Source: Bacillota bacterium | GTDB lineage: Bacteria > Bacillota_I > Bacilli_A > RF39 > UBA660 | Reading direction: 5' to 3' | DNA length: 64,000 bases | NCBI GenBank assembly: GCA_015059485.1 | Contig: SVAH01000004.1 | Location: forward strand, 15,822 to 79,821 | Part shown: positions 1 to 10,400 of the stretch, piece by piece | How the letters are laid out: every line of letters starts with the position of its first letter | How positions within the stretch are numbered: position 1 is the stretch's first letter | Position numbers and translations under genes: made by a program | The notes under the pieces: model-generated | What the model was told of the DNA's origin: nothing | The model's input: only the letters and a program-made list of their open reading frames with translations | The model's database searches: none

Positions 1-3000
1 TATATATCTTCTACAAAGTCTTCTATTTCTTGTTCTGGAGTACTAAATGCTATATTTTTTAAGTTTGCATCATGTGATGGCTCTCTTATTACTGTTATTG
101 TATAGTCTTTATACTCTCCAAGTGAATTATAAACTCTTACTATTACAGGATTTTCACCTGTTGTAAATCCATCATTGCCTATTATTTCATAGCTTTGGAA
201 TCTACTCTTAAGTGTTACTGCTATATCTACTGAGTTAACTCCAAATGGTACTGTAAATGTGAAATTATTATTTTCTTCTTCTGCATTTGGATCATATTCA
301 TGATCTAATTTACATATTCCAGTACAATCGAATGAATTTGCTAAACTAACCTTTAATGATGCAAGTTTTAATTCTCTTGTTTTGTTTTGAACTAATCTAA
401 ATGTGTAATTCTTTACAAGTCCTGATTCACTAGTTACTGTAACTAGTAAATCTTTTCCATTATTCATTGTTTTTGGAAGCGTAATATTATGAGCTCCATC
501 TTCATTATTAAGTACTATATTTTTTAATTCTTTAGTAGTTTCATCATCAAATATACCATACTCAATTACTGGGGATGATTGACTATTTTGTTCACTGGTA
601 AGTGTTACAACTTCATCATTTATTGTATATGATTTAATCGTATTATCATTAGATAAGATATGAGTAACATTAATTATATATCTTTCATGTGTTTCACCAT
701 CTTCTGCTGTTGTTGTTATTACATAATTATTATCATTACTACTAAAGTCTAATGTTAATGTTGCTGGGAAACTTACTGTTGCATTTGGATCCATCAATTC
801 ATATGATAAATCACTTCTACTTAATGTTGGCTTAGTTTTTGGAACTCTTAATGTATAAGCTTTAATATCTGGATCAAAATCTCCTTCATCAAACTTATAT
901 TGTCCGAATGATAATTTTTTGATTCTTGCTTCTGTTGATGCTGCTCTTGTTATTTTAAATACATATGCAGTTTTAGAACCATCTTCTGCAACTCCATATA
1001 TTGTACATTCTTTTTCTTCTGGTTTTGTTAGTTTACATTGTGTCATAATTGCAGTTGCACCAGGATGTTCCATTTCATAACTCATATCATTTAATGATAA
1101 TTCTCTTACATCACTTGGAACACTTACAGTATATTCAAGTATATCTTTATTAAATCCACTAAATGATATTTCATTATTTCTGAATGATAAACTCTTTATC
1201 TTAGAATTATCTGATAAATCTCTTGTAACATGGATTATATATTCTCTAGCTTCTCCTTCTCTTGGTGTTACTGTTATTGTTATAGTTTTAGTGTGTTCAC
1301 CTATTGCTAGATCATATTTTTCTGCTCCAGTTACTGTTGATTTTGATACTTCTGGTATTGCTGATACTGTTAAACTTGAAGTATTAGCTGGTAAAGAAAT
1401 ACTATATTCTAATGTTTCTTTATCAAATTCTGGTGTTAATACTCCATCAACATCGTCATCACCATTTCTATATACGACTTGTAAACTTGATAAGTAATTA
1501 TTTAAATCATCAGTACTCTTAATGTTTACTGTATAAGTCATAGTAGATTCTCCATCTTCTGCAAGTGTTGTAATCTTTAGTGTTCTTACCTCAGATTCAC
1601 CTATTGTTGGAATTTCTATACTTCCAGTAAATTCTCTTAATGGTTCACTTAATACTTCATCATCATTTACTTTAATACTTGTCATTCTCGCAGTATCTTT
1701 TAATGTTATTGCATTTAAATCAAGTTGTGTTACATCATTATCAATAAATATTGTATAAGTAATTGTATCTTTATCAAATTCTGGTATTAATGTTGTATTT
1801 TCTATACTTATATTTTTAAGTCTTGGATTTTTTGAAATCATTCTAGTAGCATCTATTTGATATTCTTCTTCTGTTTCTCCATCTTCAGCTGTTACTGTTA
1901 TTATTACTGTATATGTTTGTCCAGCTACTTCAAAGTTTTCATTTCCTTCAACTTCATATGAAGCCCAATCATCTACTAATTCTAATTCACTTAAGTCAAG
2001 TTTTGTTTCATCAACCATTACTGCATATATTCTTCCATTTTCAGTAATTGGTGGAACAGTTGTAAATCCAAATGATTTAATTTTTGCTTCATCATTTAGT
2101 TCTCTTTTTATTGTTAATGTATAATCTTTTGTTACACTTCTATCTTCTGCATATCCTCTTAGAATTACTGTTCTTTCTTCAGCTACGCCTTTTGTAAATT
2201 CAATTGTACTTGATATTTCATTATCACTTTCATCAAATAGTTTATATGTTGCATATTCACTATCTTCCATTATTGCTGTGATATCAATTGAATGTGCTTT
2301 TGTATTTATTTCATATTCTGTTGTATCTGGATCAAAATCTTCTAATTCTTCATCTGAAACTTTAATTCCACTTACATTAGGATTTTTATTCAATACTTTT
2401 TCAATTATTACTTCATATGTTAATTCTGTTCCTACTTCTGATGTAACGATTACTCTAAATCTATTTTCTCCTACATTTAGAACTACTGGTAAATTAGTAT
2501 AGTCGTTACCCATTTCATCTAATATTCTATATGTTGCCCATCTATATGATAATGTTGGAGTTATAACTGCTGTTTTTTCATGAGTTGATGATTCATAAGT
2601 ATACCAGTCTTTATCAAATTCTGGAGTATATCCACTTGATACATATAAATCTTTTAATGTTGCATCACTACTTGTTGTTCTTATTACATTTAATTTATAG
2701 TATCTCTTTTTACCATTTGAATTTGTTACAGTTATTATTATTTCGTTTTCACCAAGTTCTAAGTTTGTATTAGAAATAGAAACTCTTGAGGATTCACTAA
2801 TTGGAACTGCATGTATATCTAGACTATGATATGTTGTTTCAATATTATAAGTATTAATATATTGATTAAATTCTGGATCTAATGTATGATCTTCTACTGT
2901 TAATTCTTTTAAATAATTATCTTCAACTGGATCTTTTATTATATTGATAATATATCTTTCTTGTGTTACTCCATCAGATGCTGTTGTTGTTATAATATAA

Positions 3001-6000
3001 TGATTATCACCATTTTCAAAATCTAATGTCATTCTTGCTGGGAAATCTGCTTCTGCATCATCATCCATCATTGTATATGTGAAATCATCTCTTCCAATTG
3101 AAGTTTTTACTTTAGGAACTTTTAATGTATATTCCATTACATCTGGATTAAATTCACCTTCTTCAAATTCATATAATCCAAATTTTAATGTTTTAATTCT
3201 TGCATCAGTTCCAACTTGTCTTGTTACATTGAATGTATAATCTGTTTTAGAACCATTTGCTGCAACTCCAGATATAACACATACATTTACATGTTTACTA
3301 GTTAACTTACATACTGGCATTTCTATTGTTGCTGATTCATCTTCCATTTCATAATTAATATCATTTATAGTTAACTCTTTAACATCATTTAAAACGTCTA
3401 TATTATATGAATATACATCTTCTTCTAATCCATCAAATTTTATTTCTGAATTTTTAAATGATAAACTCTTTATCTTAGAATTATCTGATAATTCTTTTGT
3501 AACATGAATAATATATTCTCTTGTTTGTCCTTCTTTATTAGTTACGGCTACTATTACATCTTTACTATTTTCACCTGATTCTAAAGTATAATTTGTATTT
3601 CCAGTAACAGTTGATTTTATAACTTCTGGTATTGCTGATACTGTAAATGCTGATGTACCTTTTGGCAATTCAATAGTATACTCTAATGTTTCTTTATCAA
3701 ATTCTGGTGTTAATACTCCATCAACATCAGTATCACCATCTTTATATACTAATTGTAAGCTTGATAAGTAGTTATTTATATCATCTGAACTCTTTATATT
3801 AACTGTATATGTCATAGTAGATTCTCCATCTTCAGCAAGTGTTTTAATTGTTAATGTTCTTACCTCAGATTCACCTATTAAAGGAATAGTAATAGTATTA
3901 TTATATTCTCTTACTGGTGTTGATGTTATTTCTGTATCATTTAATTTAATACTTATTATTCTTCCAGTATCTTTTAATGTTTTAGCATTAAGATTAATAC
4001 TTGTTACATCATTATCTACATATACTTTATATGAAGTTGTATCTTTATCAAATTCTGGTGTTAATGTTTTATCATCTATTTTTATAAATTTTAATCTTGG
4101 ATTTGTTGAAATAACTCTTAAAGCATCTATATTGTATTCTTCTTTTGTTACTCCATCTTCTGCTGTTACTATTATTTTTACTGGATATGTTTGACCATAT
4201 GTATCAAAGTTTTCATTTCCTTCAGTTTCATAAGTAGCCCAATCATCCATTAATTCTAAATCTTCTAAATCTATTCTAGTTTCGTCAACTGTTGTATTGT
4301 AATTTCTTTCTGTTTCATTTAATGTTGGATCTGTTGTAAATCCAAATGATTTAATTTTTGCTTCACTACTTGGACTTCTATTAATTGTTAATGTATAGTC
4401 TTTTGTTAAGCTTCTATCTTCTGCATATCCTCTTACTATAACTTTCTTTTGAACAGTTTGACCTTTTGTAAATTCAATATGTGAAGATATTACATTTTCA
4501 GATTCATCAAGTAACTCATAAATTGCGTATTCACTATCTTCCATTGTTGCTTCTATATCTAATGAATGAGCTGTAGTATTTATTTCATATTCTTGAGTAT
4601 TTTTATCAAATCCCTCTAATTCTTCATCTGAAATTTTTATACTACTTACATTAGTATTTCTGTTAATTATTTTTTCAATATCAATTTCATATGTTAACTC
4701 ATTTCCATTTTCTGCTGTTACTACTATTCTAAATTTATTTACTCCAACATTTAATACTACATTTCCATCTGCATATTCATTATCCATTTCATCTAATAAT
4801 TTATATGTCGCATCATCACTACTTAATGTTGCAGTTATTTTTGCAGTATTTTCATGAGTGCTTGATGTATATTTAAATTGATTTTTATTAAATATTGGTC
4901 TATAACCAGTTGATACAGATAAATCTGTTAAGTAAGCATCATCACTTAAAACTCTTTCAATATTTACTATGTATGTTAAACTATCTCCATTTTCTGCTGT
5001 TGTTACTATTCTAAAAGTATTTATTCCTTCATTTAATGTAACTTTTCCATCTTCATATTCATTATTCAAAATATCTAATATTTTATAACTTCCCCATTTA
5101 TTATTCATAGTTGGAATTATAACTGCTGTTTTCTTACTAGTTTTTGAATTATAAATAAGTTGATCTTTATCAAACTCTGGAGTATATCCAGTTGTTACTT
5201 TTAAATTTTTTAATGTTGCATCATCACTTAGTGTTCTAGTTACATTTAATTTATAATATCTTTCTACATCTGTTTCACTAGTTACTGTTATTATAATTTC
5301 ATTTTCACCAAGATCTAAATCAGTTTTTGAAATAGACACTGTTGCATATTTGTTATTAGGGATTGCATTTATTTCTAAACTATGATCTGTAGTTTCTATA
5401 TTATAAGTATCTACTTCTTTATCAAATTCTGGATCTATTGTATTACCAGTAACCGTTAATTCTTTTAAGTAATTATCATCAGATAAAATGTATACTACAT
5501 GAATTCTATATGTTTCATGAGCCTCTTTATCTTCTGATTCTGTTTCTATTACATAATAATTATCTAAACTCTTGAAAACTAATGATACGGAATTTGGGAA
5601 TGTTGCTTTTGCTTGATCATCCATCATTTCATAAACAAAATCATTTCTTCCAATTGTTTTCTTAGTTCTTGTAATATTTAATGTGTAATCATGAACATCT
5701 GGATCAAATGCTCCTTCTTCAAATTCATATGAATTACATGATAATGATTTTATTCTAGCATCTGTTCCTTTTTCTCTTACAATTTTTAATTTATATGTAT
5801 GAGTTTCACCATTTTCTGCTGTTACTGTTATTAATCTTTCATAAGGATTTGTAGTTAATAAGTTTACATTTTCTACATAAACTGGATTAGTTCCAATAAC
5901 TGCTCTTTGATTTTTATTTGCAATAGCTGTAACTTTTACTTCTTTAATATCATGAGTTACTACTAAATTGTATTCATCTATTACTGGTGAGAACTCTGGT

Positions 6001-7400
6001 GTTAATAAGAAGTTTTCATTTCCATTTGAAACAGTTAAACTTACTAAATCTTTATCAGAATAAGCAGTTCTTATAATGATAATTGAATAATCATTATAAG
6101 AACCATCTTCTGCTGTTGCTCTAACTGTAAATGTATTTCTTCCAGCATTTAAGTAATTAACATTGCCTTCTACTATTGCGTATGAAGTTGTTGTCTCTTG
6201 TGGTGTTGCAGTTATTTTAATATTTTCTAATGTTGGTGGTGCATATATATAATATACAAATTTTTCACTTTCAAATTCTTCTGCAAAATTTACTACATTA
6301 TCATATGCATCAAATACCTTCAAGTCACTTAGTAATGCATTTGAGTTTGCTGCTCTATTAACTGTTATGTTGTAATCAAGAGTACTTCCATCTTGTGCTG
6401 TTACTGTTACTTTAAACGAATTCTTTCCAACATTTAATGTTTTATCTCCTAAACCTGCTACTGTTGCAAGATCTTCTTTTTCAGCTTCTCCATCAATTCT
6501 TAAGTTTGTAACATCATTATCTACATTTAATATATATTCTGTTACTCCTTTACTAAATATTGGAGTTAATGGTAATTCTTGTTCACTATTACTATTAGTT
6601 GTATTATAAACATTTAATGATTTCAAGAATGCATTATTACTTCTTAATCTTGTTACATGAATTGTATAAGTTTTTTCAGCTCCATTATTTGCTGTTACTG
6701 TTATTGGAATATGATTATCTGAACCATATTCTAGTAGATCAATATTTTCAATATTAACTGCTGCTCTTATATCATCAGGAATAGCTTCTATTTCAATATG
6801 TTCTACTTCATTTGCAACTGTTATATAGTAATCAGTTACGTTATATGAATAATTTAAAGTAGTTTCTGGATCTGTTACTTTTAGAGATGCAAGATCATTA
6901 TTACCAGTCATATCCCTAGTAATTTTGTAATAATATTTTGTTTCATTCATCCTGTCTTCTGCTTTTACATAAACTTCTATTTCATTTAATCCACCATCAA
7001 GTCTGTAAATTCCATCTCCATTTACATCTTGATAATAATGTGCTTTATCAACTGTTATATTTATTTCTCTTATTTGATATGGAACAGTTATTTCGTATTC
7101 ATCTGTATTTTTATCAAATGCATATTCACACATATGTTCATGTAATCTACAGTATGTAGGTAACATTCCTTCTACTGCTATTTTTTTAGGATATGGATTA
7201 TGATCAGTTTCTCTATGTACATGTACAGTATATGTTTTTACAAGTCCTGATTCACTTGTTACTGTAAGTAATATATCATGATCTCCTGCTTCAATGAAGT
7301 AATTTCCATTTCCAGCAACTGATGCTTTTTCATCTGCTGGAACGCCTTCTATATTAATTTCTGTATCAACACTCTCTAAGTCTAAATCATAAACTGATCT
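1..7400 (-). repeat. Array of tandem cadherin-like beta-sandwich domain repeats (about 255-270 nt per unit) within the giant ORF. Two more units lie at about 8300-9200, between glycine-rich modules 3 and 4
   Basis: Protein-level periodicity of about 85-90 aa with recurring motifs (...DA.L..L.V..G.L.P.FD...Y.Y...V......I.A.P......V.I......L..GEN.I.ITVT.E.G....Y.I.V.R). Units are diverged at the DNA level but clearly periodic. Confidence 0.65.
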
Positions 7401-10400
7401 ATTATAATCCCATTCTTGTCTCATTTCTCCACGATTTGAAATTATACCTGACAAGAAGTTATTTTCACTTTTTTGATATGGTATTGATAGTTTTACATAT
7501 CCATCTCCACCATGTCCTGTTTCATTTCCTGTGTGAGCTGTATTAGGAAAACTTTCTGAACCAGAGTATGTTTGAGCATCTGTTAATAAGTAGTCTTCTG
7601 AAACTAACCATTTTCCTCCACCAAATGTTTCAGATAATAAGTCAGTTACAATAGCGTAAGATTCTTCGTTATAAATAAATCCAGAACCTCCACCACCACC
7701 AGATGACCATCCTGATGTTGCACCAGAACCTCCGCCGTAGAAGCCGCCTCCGCCGCCTCCACCATAGTAGCCTCCACCACTATTAGGACCTGCTGCTCCG
7801 ACTGCAAATCTTCCTGTTGCTCCACGTGCTCCACCAGTTATACCATAAGTTCCTCCTTGAGTTTGTGTTCCACCTCCGGCATTAGTACCACATGATCCTT
7901 GACCATTTTTACCTCCACCGTTTTGGCCTCCACCAACTCCACCAAAGGCACATCCGTCACTTCCGTGACCTCCACCACCTCCGGCAATTAGGATTCTTGA
8001 ATATACTGAATTTGTTCCAAATCTAATATCAGATGCACCTCCACCGTAACCGGCTCTTGATGATCCTCCACCATTGAATCCACCATTGTCTCCAGAACCT
8101 CCTGCACAAAGATATAAAACTTCACCTTTGTTCAAATAAACTTTTCCAGTTGAGTAACCACCTCGGCCACCACCTCGGCCACCTTGAGCTCCCCAAGCTT
8201 CTAATTGATATTCATGACTATATGGAACAACAAATGTAGTACATGTTCCTGTATAACCTGTATTTTGTTCAAATCCACTAACTGTAATTCTTTTAATATT
8301 AAATATGTATGTTGTTGGATCACTATGTGGCTCTGTTATATTTACTAAGATAGTATATATATCAGATGATATATATCCATCACCAATAACTTCATATTCA
8401 GCTTCTGCATCAAATAATTCTGGTATTGCTCTTGCTGTTGCTACATAGCTTTCAAGTTCAATATTATAAACTTCTTTTCCATCTTCCATCATGTATTCAA
8501 ATTCTTCATCAGAACCTGATATTAATGTTAGTTTTTTCAATTTACTTGAATGTGGTAATGTTACATGTAATGTATAAGTTTTACTACTTGTATGAGTTTC
8601 ATTTTCAACATTAATAACTAAATCATATGAATTATGTTTTTCTAAAATATGTGCAACAGATTCTTCAACTCCAAATTTGTGTGTAGGATCAATGCTTGAG
8701 TAAATATCAAATACTTGATCAGCTGATCCTTTTGTTATATTTAAATCATATTCATCAAAACTATAAGGAAGTGTTATGTTATATTCATATGTATTCTTAT
8801 TAAAATCAACTGACGAATAGTTAGATAGGGATTTATCATTGATTTTTAAATCGTTTAATATGTCTATATCATTTGCTTCTCTTTCGATTTTATAATTAAA
8901 TATATCAACTGCTCCATTAACATATGTTATTGATATTGGATAATTATTTTCTCCAACATGTATTTCATGTCTTCCTGCATTTTGATATGTAAGTACCGAT
9001 TCATCATCTGTTAAATCTACATCAAAGTCTACTACTGATGATGTATTATCAACTGTACCAATATAATTTTTTGTATCATAATCAAATGGTTTATCAAGTG
9101 TAACATTATCAGAAACATTAATTTTATATTTATAAGATAAAGTAAAATCAAATCTGACATATCCTTCTCCATAATTTCCAGTCATTGTTCCTGTTCCATC
9201 ATGGTTTGGCATTGATGAGTAACCATTTAATATTACTGGGTTTGTTAGGAATCTAGATCTTGATACTTCGTAATCTGCTGGTACATAGCCTGCATATTCA
9301 CTGCACCAAACGTATGAAGATCCTCCTCCTCCTCCATTATCGTCGTTTCCTGATCCATCTGGATATCCGTGGCCACCGCCATACCAGCCGCCGCCTCCGG
9401 CTCCAACATAACCGTCATTACCCAAATATTGTGATGCTCCTTTAGCCCACATACCGCCGTCCCAGCCACCGCCGGACATTGTTCCTCGACCACCTTGTGA
9501 TCCACAACCACCATTATTTCCTTCGGCGTCACCTGGTCCTCCAGTACCTCTTGCTCCAGCGCCACCGCCGCCTCCGGCAACTAGCACTCTATGATATGTT
9601 GTTTTTCCACCTAAACGAATGTCTGAGGCACCTCCACCTCTTACACCCCAAGGTATTACTATATTTTGGTTACCATCTCTATATTGATATGGTTCACCAC
9701 CACCATTATATCCTCCATTGGCACCACTACATCCTACATATACATAGACAGTTTCACCTTTTGATAAGAATATATTAGCTTTTGTATAAGATCCTGGCCC
9801 ACCTTGTACTCCAGTTGATTGTCCTTGAGCTCCCCAAGCTTCAACTGTATAAATTCCACTGGCTGGGGCCATAAATTCTTGAACATCTTTTGTACAACCA
9901 TATCCATAACTTCCAGTTGATCCTGCTTGCCAATAATAGCTAGATTTTCTAAATGTTATGTTGTATGTTCTACTAAGACCTGTTATATCATTTGTAACTT
10001 TTAATGTATATAAATATTCTTTTTGATTTGCATCACTGAAATCATAATTACCACTATGATTTTCAGTACGGCTAAATCCATCTGCAATTATTGCATTTAC
10101 ATTAATATATTTAGTATCATCTGATACTGTTATTGTATAATCGTATTTTGTATAATCAAAATCTATTGGTATTTTTCCACCATTTATTGAAATAGAATCA
10201 ATACCATTTAATAATTTTGGAGTTAATCTGATATAACCATTTCCTCCATGTCCAGTTTCATTTCCACCAGCCGGGTTTTTAAATGATTCCCAACCGCCAT
10301 GAATAAAGCCATTTGACATATAGAATTTATCAGATACTTCATAGCCTTCTGGTACGTAGCCAACGCTTCCGGCGCTCCAGATAAATCCAGAACCTCCGCC